Assembly: GCA_009914755.4 (NCBI GenBank)
Contig: CP068257.2
Location: 7,264,001-7,328,000, forward strand
DNA length: 64,000 nucleotides
Origin: the human T2T-CHM13v2.0 reference genome, Homo sapiens
Reading direction: 5' to 3'
The notes beneath the pieces are model-generated. The model saw only the letters and a list, made by a program, of their open reading frames with translations, ran no database searches and was not told the DNA's origin. This document shows, piece after piece, positions 42,501-57,986 of the stretch. How positions within the stretch are numbered: the first letter of the stretch is position 1; each line of letters starts with the position of its first letter. Both the position numbers and the translations under genes were made by a program.

Positions 42501-45500
42501 GGAATGGAATGGAATGCTATGCAATCAACAGGAGTGTAATGGAAATGAATGGAATGGAATGGAATGGAATGGAATGGAATGGAATGGAATGGAATAAACC
42601 CAAGTGCAATGGAATGGAATAGAATGCAACGGAATCAACCCAAGTGGAATGGAATAGAAAGGCATGCAATGGAATGGAATGGAAAGCAAAGGAATGGAAT
42701 GAACCCGACTGGAATGGAATGGAATGGAAAGGAATGAAGGGAATGAAATGGAATGGAAAGGTATGGAATCAACTCGAGTGGAATGGAATTGAATGGAATG
42801 GAATGGAATGGAATGGAATGGAATGGAATGGAAACAACATGAATAGAATGGAACGGAATGGAATGGAATGCTGTGGAATGGAATGGAATGGAAAGGAATC
42901 AACCCGAGTGGAATGAAATGGAATAGAATGCTGTGGAATGGAATGGAATGGATAGGAATCAACCCGAGTGGAATGAAATGGAATGTAATGCAATGGAATG
43001 GAGCGGAATCAACCTGAGTCAAAGGCAATGGAATGGAATGGAATGGAGTGGAATGGAATGGAATGGAATGGAATGGAAATTAATGGAATGGAATGGAACG
43101 GAATGGAATCCAATGGAATCAACTGGAATGGAATAGCACAGAATGGAATGGAATGGAATGGAATCACTCCGGGTGGAATGGAATGGAATGTATGACGTGG
43201 AATGGAATGGAATGGAGTGGAATGGAATGGAATGGAATGCAGTGGAAATTAAAGGAACGGAATCAACCCGAATGGAATGGAACGGAATGGAATGGAAAGG
43301 AAAGGAATGGAATGGAATGGAATGGAATGGAATGGAATGGAATCAACCTGAATAGGATGGAATGGAATGGAATGGAATGGAATACAATGGAATGCTATGG
43401 AATAAACCCGAGTGTAATGGAAATGCATGGAATGGAATGGAATGGAATGGAATGGAATGGAATGGAATCAACCCAAGTGCAATGGAATGGAATGGAATGC
43501 AACGGAATCAACCCGAGTGGAATGGAATGGACAGGAATGGAATAGAATGGAATGGGATGGAATGGAATGCAACGGAATGGAAAGAATGGTACGGAATGGA
43601 ACGGAATGGAATAGAATGAACACGAATGGAATGGAATGGAAAGGAATGGATTGGAATGGAATGGAATGGAATCAACCCGAGTGGAACGGAATGTAATGGA
43701 ATGGAGTGGAATGGAATGGAATGGAATGGAATCAACACGAATGTAATGGAATGGCATGGAATGGAAGGGAATGGAATGGAATGGAATCAACCCTAGTGGA
43801 ATGGAATGGAATGGAGTTTAATGGAATGGAATAGAATAGATTGGTATGGAATCAACCCGAGAGGAATGGTATGGAATGGAATGCAATGGAATGGAATGGA
43901 ATGGAATAAAATGGAATGGAATGGAATGAAATCAACCCGAGTGGAATGGAATGGAATGGAATGCAATGGAATGAAGCGGAATATAATGCAATGGAATGGA
44001 AACATCCCGAGTGGAATGGAATGGTATGGAATGCAATGGAACGGAATGGAACAGAACGGAATGCAATGGAACGGAATAGATTGAATCAGAGAGGAATTGA
44101 ATGCAGAGGAATGGATTGGAATGGAATGCAATGGATTCAACCCTAGTTGAATGTCATGGATTGGAAAAGAATGGAATGGAATGGAATGGAATGGAATGGA
44201 GTGGAATGGAATGGTGTGGAATCAACACGAATGGAAAGGAACGAAATGGAATGGAATGGAATGGAATGGAAACAAAACGAATGGAATGGAACGGAATGGA
44301 ATGGAAACAACACGAATAGAATGGAACGGAATGGAATGGAATGCTGTGGAATGGAATGGAATGGAAAGGAATCAACCCCAGTGGAATGAAATGGAATGTA
44401 ATGCAATGGAATGGAGCGAAATCAACCTGAGTCAAATGCAATGGAATGGAATGGATTGGAGTGGAATGGAATGGAATGGAATGGAATGGAATGGAATGGA
44501 ATGGAATCCAATGGAATCAACTGGAATGGAATAGCACAGAATGGAATGGAATGGAATGGAATCAATCCGGGTGGAATGGAATGGAATGTATGGAGTGGAA
44601 TGGAATGGAATGGAATGGAGTGGAATGGAATGGAAAGGAATGCAGTGGAATTTAATGGAAGGGAATCAACCCGAATGGAATGGAACGGAATGGAATGGAA
44701 AGGAATGGAATGGAATGGAATGGAATGGAATGGAATGGAATGGAATCAACCTGAATAGGATGGAATGGAATGGAATGGAATGGAATACAATGGAATGCTA
44801 TGGAATAAACCCGAGTGTAATGGAAATGCATGGAATGGAATGGAATGGAATGGAATGGAATGGAATCAACCCAAGTGCAATGGAATGGAATGGAATGCAA
44901 CGGAATCAACCCAAGTGGAATGGAATGGACAGGAATGGAATAGAATGGAATGGGATGGAATGGAATGCAATGGAATGGAAAGGAATGGTACGGAATGGAA
45001 CGGAATGGAACGGAATGGAATAGAATGAACACGAAAAGAATGGAATGGAAAGGAATGGATTGGAATGGAATGGAATGGAATCAACCCGAGTGGAACGGAA
45101 TGTAATGGAATGGAGTGGAGTGGAATGGAATGGAATGGAATGGAATCAACACGAATGGAATGGAATGGCATGGAATGGAATGGAATGGAATGGAATGGAA
45201 TGGAATGGAATGGAATCAACCCTAGTGGAATGGAATCGAATGGAGTTTAATGGAATGGAATAGAATAGATTGGTATGGAATCAACCCGAGAGGAATGGTA
45301 TGGAATGGAATGCAATGGAATGGAATGGAATGGAATAAAATGGAACGGAATGGAATGGAATCAACGCGAGTGGAAGGGAATGGAATGGAATGGAATCAAA
45401 AGGAGTGGAATGGAATGGAATGGAGTGGAATGGAATGGAATGCAATGAAATGGAAAGGAACGGAATTTAATCAACCCGAGTGGAATGGAATAGAATGGAA

Positions 45501-48500
45501 TGGAAAGGAATGCAATCAACCCGAGAGGAATGGTATGGAATGGGATGCAATGCAATGGAATGGAATGGAATAGAATGGAATGCAATGGAATGGAATCAAC
45601 CCGAGTGGAAGGGAATGGAATGGAATGGAATCAACCGGATTGGAATGGAATGGAATGGAGTGGAATGGAATGAATGCAATGAAATGGAAAGGAATACTAT
45701 GAAATCAACCCGAGTGTAATGGAAATGAACGGAATGGAATGGAATGGAATGGAATCAAGCCAAGTGCAATGGAATGGAATAGAATGCAACAAAATCAACC
45801 CGAGTGGAATGGAATAGAAAGGCATGCAATGGAATGGAATGGAAAGCAATGGAATGGAATCAACCCGACTGGAATGGAATGGAATCGAAAGGAATGAATG
45901 GAATGGAATGGAATGGAAAGGTATGGATTCAACCCGAGTGGAATGGAATGGAATGGAGTGGAATGGAAGGCAATGAAATGGAATGGAAAGGAATGGAATG
46001 GAATGGAATGGAATGCAACGGAACGGAATGGAATTGAATGGCATGGAATGAACCCGAATGGAATAGAATGGAATGGAATGGAATGGAATGCAACGGAATC
46101 AACCCGAGTAGAATGGAATGGAAAGAAATGGAATGAAATGGATTGGAAAGGAATGGAATGGAATCAACACGAATGGAATGGAATGGAATGGAAAGGAATG
46201 AATGGAATGGAATGGAATGGTAGGGAATCAACACGAGTGGAATGGAATGGAATGGAATGGAATGGAATGCTATGCAATCAACAGGAGTGTAATGGAAATG
46301 AATGGAATGGAATGGAATGGAATGGAATGGAATAGAATGGAATAAACCAGAATGGAATGGAATGGAATGGATTGGAATGGAATGGAAGGGATTGGAATGC
46401 TATGCAATCAACAGGAGTGTAATGGAAATGAATAGAATGGAATGGAATGTAATGGAATGGAATGGAGTGGAATGGAAGGCAATGCCATGGAATGGAATGG
46501 AATGTAATGGAATGGAATGGAACGGAATGGAATTGAATGGCATGGAATGAACCCGACTGGAATGGAATGCAATGGAATGGAATGGAATGGAATGGAATGG
46601 AATGGAATGGAATGGAATGGAATCAACCCGAATGGAATGGAATGGAATGGAATGGAGTGGAATGGAATGGAATTGAATGGAATGGAATAGAATGGAATGG
46701 AAAGGAATCAACCCGAATTGAATGGAATGGAATGGAATGGAATGGAATGGAATGGAATGGAATCGAATGGAATGGAATGGAATCAACCCGAGTGGAATGG
46801 AATGGAATGGAATGGAATGGAATCAACCTGAATGGAATGGAATGGAATGGAATGGAAAGGAATGGAATGGAATGGAATGGAATGGAATGGAATAGAATGG
46901 AATCAACAAGAATGGGATGGAATAGAATGGAATGGAATGGAATGGAAAGGAATCCTATTGAATCAACCCGAGTGTAATGGAAAAGAATGGAATGGAATGG
47001 AATGGAACGGAATGCAATGGAATGGAATCAAACCAAGTGCAATGGAATGGAATAGAATGCAACGGAACCAACCCGAGTGGAATGGAATAGAAAGGCATGC
47101 AATGGAATGGAATGGAAAGCAGTGGAATGGAATCAACCCGACTGGAATGGAATGGAATGGAAAGGAATGAAGGGAATGGAATGGAATGGGAAGGTATGGA
47201 ATCAACCCGAGTGGAATGGAATGGAATGGAATGGAATGGAATGGAATGGAGTGCAATGGAATGGAATGGAATGGAATGGAGTGGAATGGAATGGAGTGGA
47301 ATGGAATGGAGTGGAATCGAGTGGAATGGAATGGAATGGAGTGGAATGGAAGGCAATGAAATTTTATGGAATGGAATAGAAAGGAGCGGAACAGAATGGA
47401 ATTGAATGGCATGGAATGGACCCGAATGCAATGGAATGGAATGGAATGGAATGGAATGGAATGGAATGGAATCAACCCGAATGGAATGGAATGGAATGGA
47501 ATGGAATGGAATTAAATGGAAAGGAACGGAATGGAATCAACACGAGTGGAATGAAATGGAATGGAATGGAATGGAATGGAATGGAATGGAATGGAATCAA
47601 TCCGAGTGGAATGGAACGGAATGGAATGGAATGCAATGGAATGGAATGGAAAGGAATGGAATGGAGTGGAATGGAAGGCAAGGCAATGGAATGGAATGGA
47701 ATGGAACGGAATGGAATTCAATGGCATGGAATGAACCCGACTGGAATGGAATGCAATGGAATGGAATGGAATGGAATGGAATGGAATGGAATGGAATGGA
47801 ATCAACCCGAATGGAATGGAATGGAATGGAATGGAGTGGAATGGAATGGAATTGAATGGAATGGAATGGAATGGAAAGGAATCAACCCGAATGGAATAGA
47901 ATGGAATGGAAAGGAATGTAATGGAATGGAATGGAATGGAATGGAATGGAATGGAATGGAATGGAATGGAATCAACCCGAGTGGAATGGAATGGAATGGA
48001 ATTCAATGGAATGGAATGGAATGGGATGGTAAGTAATCAACCTGAGTGGAATATTATCGAATGAAATGGACTGGAATGGGACGGTATGGAATCAACCCGA
48101 GTGGAATATTATCGAATGAAATGGAATGGAACGGAATGGAATGGAATAAAATGTAATGGAATGGAATGGAATCAACCGGAGTGCAATGGAATAGAATGGA
48201 ATAAAATGGAATGGAATGGAATTAAATGGAAAGGAATGGAATGGAATCAACACGAGTGGAATGGAATGGAATGGAATGGAAGGGAATAGAATGGAATGGA
48301 ATGGAATCAACCGGAGTGCAATGGAATGGAATGGAATAAAATGGAATGGAATGGAATTAAATGGAAAGGAACGGAATGGAATCAACACGAGTGGAATGGA
48401 ATGGAATGGAATGGAATGGAATGGAATGGAATGGAATCAATCCGAGTGGAATGGAATGGAATGGAATGCAATGGAATGAAACGGAATATAATGGAATGGA

Positions 48501-48639
48501 ATGGAAACATCCCGAGTGGAATGGAATGGTATGGAATGCAATGGAACGGAATGGAACAGAACGGAATGGAATGGAATGGAATAGATTGAATCAGAGAGGA
48601 ATTGAATGGAGAGGAATGGAATGGAATGGAATGCAATGG

Positions 48640-51600
48640 ATTCAACTCTAGTTGAATATCATGGATTGGAAAGGAATGGAATGGAATGGAATGGAAGGGA
48701 ATGGAATGGAATGGAGTGGAATGGAATAGAATCAACTCGAGTGCAATGGAATGTAATGGAATGGAGTGGAATGGAATGGAATGCAATGAAATGGAAAGGA
48801 ATGCTATGGAATCAACCCGAGTGTAATGGAAATGAATGGAATGGAATTGAATAGAAAGGAATGAATGGAATGGAATGGAATGGAATGGAATGGAATGGAA
48901 TGGAATGGTATGGAATCAACCCGAGTGGAATGGAAAGGACTGGAATGGAATAGAATGGAATGGAATGGAATGGAATGCAACGGAATCAACCCGAGTAGAA
49001 TGGAATGGAAAGAAATGGAATGAAATGGAATGGAAAGGAATGGAATGGAATCAACACGAATGGAATGGAATGGAATGGAAAGGAATGAATGCAATGGAAT
49101 GGAATGGAATGGAATGGTAGGGAATCAACCCGAGTGGAATGGAATGGAATGGAATGGAATTGAATGGAATGGAATCCAGCCGAATGGGATGGAATGCAAT
49201 GGAATGGAATGGAATAGAATCAACCCGAATGGAATGGAACGGAATGGAATGAAAAGGAATGGAATGGAAAGGAATGGAATGGAATAGAATGGAATAAACC
49301 AGAATGGAATGGAATGGAATGGATTGGAATGGAATGGAATGGAATGGAATGCTATGGAATCAACAGGAGTGTAATGGAAATGAATGGAATGGAAAGGAAT
49401 GGAATGGAATGGAATAAACCCAAGTGCAATGGAATGGAATAGAATGCAATGGAATCAACCCAAGTGGAATGGAATAGAAATGCATGCAATGGAATGGAAT
49501 GGAAAGCAAAGGAATGGAATCAACCCGACTGGAATGGAATGGAATGGAAAGGAATGAAGGGAATGGAATGGAATGGAATGGAAAGGTATGGAATCAAGTC
49601 GAGTGGAATGGAATGGAATGGAATGGAATGGAATGGAATGGAGTGGAATGGAAGGCAAGGCAATGGAATGGAATGGAATGGAATGGAACGGAACGGAATG
49701 GAATTGAATGGCATGGAATGAACCCGACTGGAATGGAATGCAATGGAATGGAATGGAATGGAATGGAATGGAATGGAATGGAATGGAATGGAATAGAATC
49801 AAATCGAATGGAATGGAATGGAATGGAGTGGAATGGAATGGAATTGAATGGAATGGAATGGAATGGAAAGGAATCAACCTGGATGGAATGGAATGGAATG
49901 GAATGGAATGGAAAGGAATCAACCCGAGTGGAATGGAATGGAATGGAATTCAATGGAATGAAATGGAATGGGATGGTATGGAATCAACCCGAGTGGAATA
50001 TTATCGAATGAAATGGAATGGAATGGGATGGTATGGAATCAACCCGAGTGGAATATTATCGAATTAAATGGAATGGAACGGAATGGAATGGAATAAAATG
50101 CAATGGAATGGAATGGAATCAACCAGAGTGGAATGGAATATAATGGAATGGAATGGAATTAAATCGAGAGGAACAGAATGGAATCAACACGAGTGGAATG
50201 GAATGGAATGGAATGGAATGGAATCAACCCGAGTGGAATGGAATGGAATGGAATGCAATGGAATGAAGCGGAATATAATGCAATGGAATGGAAACATCCC
50301 GAGTGGAATGGAATGGTATGGAATGCAACGGAACGGAATGGAACAGAACGGAATGGAATGGAACGGAATAGATTGAATCAGAAAGGAATTGAATGCAGAG
50401 GAATGGATTGGAATGGAATGCAATGGATTCAACCCTAGTTGAATGTCATGGATTGGAAAGGAATGGAATGGAACGGAATGGAATGGAATGGAGTGGAATG
50501 GAATGGAACGGAGTGGAATGAAATGGTGTGGAATCAACACGAATGGAAAGGAACGAAATGGAATGGAATGGAATGGAATGGAATGGAATGGAATGGAAAC
50601 AACACGAATAGAATGGAACGGAATAGAATGGAATGCTGTGGAATGGAATGGAATGGAAAGGAATCAACCCGAGTGGAATGAAATGGAATGTAATGCAATG
50701 GAATGGAGCGGAATCAACCTGAGTCAAATGCAATGGAATGGAATGGAATGGAGTGGAATGGAATGGAATGGAATGGAATGGAGTGGAATGGAATGGAATG
50801 GAATGGAATGGAATGGAATGGAATGGAACGGAATGGAATCCAATGGAATCAACTGGAATGGAATAGCACAGAATGGAATGGAATGGAATGGAATCAATCC
50901 GGGTGGAATGGAATGGAATGTATGGAGTGGAATGGAATGGAATGGAGTGGAATGGAATGGAATGGAATGCAGCGGAATTTAATGGAACGGAATCAACCCG
51001 AATGGAATGGAATGGAATGGAGTGGAAAGGAATGGAATGGAATGGAATGGAATGGAATGGAATGGAATGGAATGGAATCAACCTGAATAGGATGGAATGG
51101 AATGGAATGGAATGGAATGGAATACAATGGAATGCTATGGAATAAACCCGAGTGTAATGGAAATGCATGGAATGGAATGGAATGGAATGAAATGGAATGG
51201 AATGGAATGGAATCAACCCAAGTGCAATGGAATGGAATGGAATGCAATGGTATCAACCCGAGTGGAATGGAATGGAAAGGAATGAAATGAAATGGAATGG
51301 AAAGGAATGGAATGGAATCAACCCGAATGGAATGGAATGGAATGGAATGGAAAGTAAAGAATGGAATGGAATGGAATGGATTGGAATGGAATGGTATGGA
51401 ATCAACCCGAGTGGAATGGAATGGACAGGAATGGAATAGAATGGAATGGGATGGAATGGAATGCAATGGAATGGAAAGGAATGGTACGGAATGGAACGGA
51501 ATGGAATAGAATGAACACGAATGGAATGGAATGGAAAGGAATGGATTGGAATGGAATGGAATGGAATCAACCCGAGTGGAACGGAATGTAATGAAATGGA

Positions 51601-54600
51601 GTGGAATGGAAAGGAATGGAATGGAATGGAATGAACACGAATGGAATGGAATGGAATGGAATGGAATGGAATGGAATGGAATGGTATGGAATCAACCCGA
51701 GTGGAATGGAATGGACAGGAATGGAATAGAATGGAATGGGATGGAATGGAATGCAATGGAATGGAATGGAATAGAAAGGAATGGTACGGAATGGAACGGA
51801 ATGGAATAGAATGAACACGAATGGAATGGAATGGAAAGGAATGGATTGGAATGGAATGGAATGGAATCAACCCGAGTGGAACGGAATGTAATGGAATGGA
51901 GTGGAATGGAATGGAATGGAATGGAATGGAATGGAATGGAATCAACACGAATGGAATGGAATGGCATGGAATGGAAGGGAATGGAATGAAATGGAATCAA
52001 CCCTAGTGGAATGGAATGGAATGGAGTTTAATGGAATGGAATAGAATAGATTGGTATGGAATCAACCCGAGAGGAATGGTATGGAATGGAATGCAATGGA
52101 ATGGAATGGAATGCAACAAAATGGAATGGAATGGAATGGTATCAACCCGTGTGGAAGGGAATGGAATGGAATGGAATCAACCGGAGTGGAATGGAATGGA
52201 ATGGAGTGGAATGGAATGGAATGCAATGAAATGGAAAGGAACGGAATTTAATCACCCCGAGTGGAATGGAATAGAATGGAATGGAAAGGAATGGAATCAA
52301 CCCGAGTGGAATGGAATGGAATGGAATGGAATGGAATGCAATGGAATCAACCAGAGTGGAAAGGAATAGAATGGAATGGATTATAATGCAATGGAATGGA
52401 ATCAATCCTGGTGGAATGGAACGGAATGGCATGGAGTGGAATGGAACGGAATGGAATGGAATGGAATGGAATGGAATGGAATGGAATGGAAAGGAATCAA
52501 CCCGAAAGGAATGGAATGGAATGAAATGGAAAGGAATGGAATGCAATGGATTGGAATGGAATGAAATGGATTCAACCCGAATGGAATGGAATGGAATGGA
52601 ATGGAATGGAATGTTATATAATCAACACGAGTGGAATGAAATGAATGGAAAGAAATGGAATGGAATGCAATGGAATGGAATGGAATGGAATGGAATGGAA
52701 TCAACCCGAATGGAATTGAATGGAAAGGAATGGAATGGAATGGATTGGAATGGAATGGAATGGAATGGAATGGAATGGAGTGGAATGGAATGGAATGGAA
52801 TCATCCCGAGTGGAATGGAATGGTATGGAATGTAATGGAATGGAATGGAACAGAACGGAAAGGAATGGAATGGAATAGATTGAATCTGAGAGGAATTGAC
52901 TGGAGTGGAATGGATGGAAATGGAATGCAAGGGATTCAACCCAGTTGAATGTCATGGATTGGAAAGGAGTGGAATGGAATGGAATGGAAAGGTGTGGAAT
53001 GGAATGGAATGGAATCAACACGAATGGAATGGAACGGAATGGAATGGAATGGAATGGAATGGAATGGAATGGAAACAACACGAATGGAATGGAACGGAAC
53101 GGAATGCAATGGAATGCTGTGGAATGCAATGAAATAAACACGAATAGAATTGACCGGAATGGAACGGAATGGAATGGAATGGAATGGAATGCAGTGGAAT
53201 GGCATGAAATGGAAAGGAACGGAATGGAATTAACCCGAGTGGAATGGAATGGAATGGAAAGGAATCAACCCGAGTGGAATGAAATGGAATGTAATGCAAT
53301 GGAATGGAGCAGAATCAATCTGAGTCTAATGCAATGGAATGGAAGGGAATGGAGTGGAATGGAATGGAATGGAATGGAATGGAATGGAATGGAATGGAAC
53401 GGAATAGAATCCAATGGAATCAACTGGGATGGAATAGCATAGAATGGAATGGAATGGAATGAAATCAATCCGGGTAGAATGGAATGGAATGTATGGAGTG
53501 GAATGGAATGGAATGGAGTGGAATGGAATGGAATGGTATGGAATCAACCCGAGTGGAATGGAATTGAATGGAATTCAATGGAATGAAACGGAATATAATG
53601 GAATGGATTGGAAACATCCCGAATGGAATGGAATGGTATGGAATGCAATGGAAAAGAATGGAAAAGAACGGAATGCAATGGAACGGAATAAATTGAATCA
53701 GAGAGGAATTCAATGGAGAGGAATGGACTGCAATGGAATGCAATGGATTCAAACCTAGTTGAATATTATGGATTGGAAAGGAATGGAATGGAATGCAGTG
53801 GAATGGAATGGAGTGGAATCAACACGAATGGAATGGAACGGAATGGAATGGAATGGAATGGAATGGAATGGAATGGAATGGAACGGAATGGAATGGAAAA
53901 AACACGAATAGAATGGAACGGAATGGAATGGAATGCTGTGGAATGGAATGGAATGGAATGAAATAAACACGAATAGAATGGAATGGAATGGAATGCAATG
54001 GAATGGAATGGAATGGAATGGAGTGAAAGGAAAGGAACGGAATGCAATTAACCTGAGTGGAATTGAATGGAATGGAAAGGAATGAACCCGAGTGGAATGA
54101 AATGTAATGTAATGCAATGGAATGGAGCGGAATCAACCTGAGTGGAATGGAATGGAATGGAATGGAATGGAATGGAATGCAATGGAATGGAATGGAATGC
54201 AATGGAATGGAATGCAATGGAATGGAATCAACCCGAATGGAATGGAACGGAATGGAATGGAAAGGAATGGAATGGAATGGAATGGAATGGAATGGAATGG
54301 AATGGAATTGAATGGAATGGAATCATCCCGAATGGAATGGAATGGTATGGAATGCAATGGAATGGAATGGAACAGAACAGAAAGGAATGGAATGGAATAG
54401 ATTGAATCCGAGAGGAATTGACTGGAGTTGAATGGATTGGAATGGAATGCAAGGGATTCAACCCAGTTGAATGTCATGGATTGGAAAGACTGGAATGAAA
54501 TGGAATGGAAAGGAGTGGAATGGAATGGAATGAAATCAACACGAATGGAATGGAACGTAAAGGAATGGGATGGAATGGAATGGAATGGAATGGCAACAAC

Positions 54601-57600
54601 ACGAATGGAATGGAAAGGAACGGAATGGAATGGAATGCTGTGGAATGGAATGGAATGGAATGGAATGGAATGGAATGGAATAGAATCAAATCGAATGGAA
54701 TGGAATGGAATGGAATGGAGTGGAATGGAATGGAATTGAATGGAATGGAATGGAATGGAAAGGAATCAACCTGGATGGAATGGAATGGAATGGAATGGAA
54801 TGGAAAGGAATCAACCCGAGTGGAATGGAATGGAATGGAATTCAATGGAATGAAATGGAATGGGATGGTATGGAATCAACCCGAGTGGAATATTATCGAA
54901 TGAAATGGAATGGAATGGGATGGTATGGAATCAACCCGAGTGGAATATTATCGAATTAAATGGAATGGAACGGAATGGAATGGAATAAAATGCAATGGAA
55001 TGGAATGGAATCAACCAGAGTGGAATGGAATATAATGGAATGGAATGGAATTAAATCGAGAGGAACAGAATGGAATCAACACGAGTGGAATGGAATGGAA
55101 TGGAATGGAATGGAATCAACCCGAGTGGAATGGAATGGAATGGAATGCAATGGAATGAAGCGGAATATAATGCAATGGAATGGAAACATCCCGAGTGGAA
55201 TGGAATGGTATGGAATGCAACGGAACGGAATGGAACAGAACGGAATGGAATGGAACGGAATAGATTGAATCAGAAAGGAATTGAATGCAGAGGAATGGAT
55301 TGGAATGGAATGCAATGGATTCAACCCTAGTTGAATGTCATGGATTGGAAAGGAATGGAATGGAACGGAATGGAATGGAATGGAGTGGAATGGAATGGAA
55401 TGGAGTGGAATGAAATGGTGTGGAATCAACACGAATGGAAAGGAAAGAAATGGAATGGAATGGAATGGAATGGAATGGAATGGAATGGAAACAACACGAA
55501 TAGAATGGAACGGAATGGAATGGAATGCTGTGGAATGGAATGGAATGGAAAGGAATCAACCCGAGTGGAATGAAATGGAATGTAATGCAATGGAATGGAG
55601 CGGAATCAACCTGAGTCAAATGCAATGGAATGGAATGGAATGGAGTGGAATGGAATGGAATGGAATGGAATGGAGTGGAATGGAATGGAATGGAATGGAA
55701 TGGAATGGAATGGAATGGAATGGAACGGAATGGAATCCAATGGAATCAACTGGAATGGAATAGCACAGAATGGAATGGAATGGAATGGAATCAATCCGGG
55801 TGGAATGGAATGGAATGTATGGAGTGGAATGGAATGGAATGGAGTGGAATGGAATGGAATGGAATGCAGCGGAATTTAATGGAACGGAATCAACCCGAAT
55901 GGAATGGAACGGAATGGAGTGGAATGGAATGGAATGGAATGGAATGGAATGGAATGGAATGGAATGGAATGGAATGGAATGGAATCAACCCGAATGGAAT
56001 CGAATGGAATGGAATGGAGTGGAATGGAATGGAATTGAATGGAATGGAATAGAATGGAATGGAAAGGAATCAACCCGAATTGAATGGAATGGAATGGAAT
56101 GGAATGGAATGGAATGGAATGGAATCGAATGGAATGGAATGGAATCAACCCGAGTGGAATGGAATGGAATGGAATGGAATGGAATCAACCTGAATGGAAT
56201 GGAATGGAATGGAATGGAAAGGAATGGAATGGAATGGAATGGAATGGAATGGAATGGAATGGAATAGAATGGAATCAACAAGAATGGGATGGAATAGAAT
56301 GGAATGGAATGGAATGGAAAGGAATCCTATTGAATCAACCCGAGTGTAATGGAAAAGAATGGAATGGAATGGAATGGAACGGAATGCAATGGAATGGAAT
56401 CAAACCAAGTGCAATGGAATGGAATAGAATGCAACGGAACCAACCCGAGTGGAATGGAATAGAAAGGCATGCAATGGAATGGAATGGAAAGCAGTGGAAT
56501 GGAATCAACCCGACTGGAATGGAGTGGAATGGAAAGGAATGAAGGGAATGGAATGGAATGGGAAGGTATGGAATCAACCCGAGTGGAATGGAATGGAATG
56601 GAATGGAATGGAATGGAATGGAGTGCAATGGAATGGAATGGAATGGAATGGAGTGGAATGGAATGGAGTGGAATGGAATGGAGTGGAATCGAGTGGAATG
56701 GAATGGAATGGAGTGGAATGGAAGGCAATGAAATTTTATGGAATGGAATAGAAAGGAGCGGAACAGAATGGAATTGAATGGCATGGAATGGACCCGAATG
56801 CAATGGAATGGAATGGAATGGAATGGAATGGAATGGAATGGAATCAACCCGAATGGAATGGAATGGAATGGAATGGAATGGAATGGAATGGAATTAAATG
56901 GAAAGGAACGGAATGGAATCAACAAGAGTGGAATGGAATGGAATGTAATGGAATGGAATGGAATGGAATGGAATCAATCCGAGTGGAATGGAACGGAATG
57001 GAATGGAATGCAATGGAATGGAATGGAAAGGAATGGAATGGAGTGGAATGGAAGGCAAGGCAATGGAATGGAATGGAATGGAACGGAATGGAATTCAATG
57101 GCATGGAATGAACCCGACTGGAATGGAATGCAATGGAATGGAATGGAATGGAAAGGAATGGAATGGAATCAACCCGAATGGAATGGAATGGAATGGAATG
57201 GAGTGGAATGGAATGGAATTGAATGGAATGGAATGGAATGGAGAGGAATCAACCCGAATGGAATAGAATGGAATGGAATGGAATGGAATGGAATGGAATG
57301 GAATGGAATGGAATGGAATCAACCCGAGTGGAATGGAATGGAATGGAATTCAATGGAATGGAATGGAATGGGATGGTAAGGAATCAACCTGAGTGGAATA
57401 TTATCGAATGAAATGGATTGGAATGGGACGGTATGGAATCAACCCGAGTGGAATATTATCGAATGAAATGGAATGGAACGGAATGGAATGGAATAAAATG
57501 TAATGGAATGGAATGGAATCAACTGGAGTGCAATGGAATAGAATGGAATAAAATGGAATGGAATGGAATTAAATGGAAAGGAATGGAATGGAATCAACAC

Positions 57601-57986
57601 GAGTGGAATGGAATGGAATGGAATGGAAGGGAATAGAATGGAATGGAATGGAATCAACCGGAGTGCAATGGAATGGAATGGAATAAAATGGAATGGAATG
57701 GAATTAAATGGAAAGGAACGGAATGGAATCAACACGAGTGGAATGGAATGGAATGGAATGGAATGGAATGGAATGGAATGGAATCAATCCGAGTGGAATG
57801 GAATGGAATGGAATGCAATGGAATGAAACGGAATATAATGGAATGGAATGGAAACATCCCGAGTGGAATGGAATGGTATGGAATGCAATGGAACGGAATG
57901 GAACAGAACGGAATGGAATGGAATGGAATAGATTGAATCAGAGAGGAATTGAATGGAGAGGAATGGAATGGAATGGAATGCAATGG
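48640..57986 (+). repeat. Domain II ~9.35 kb unit (first of two copies at the 3' end of the window)
   Basis: Five independent landmarks repeat at 9300-9347 bp spacing. Spurious ORF translations are near-identical at 48092/57439, 49708/59045, 50068/59390, 52945/62242 and so on. Confidence 0.7.
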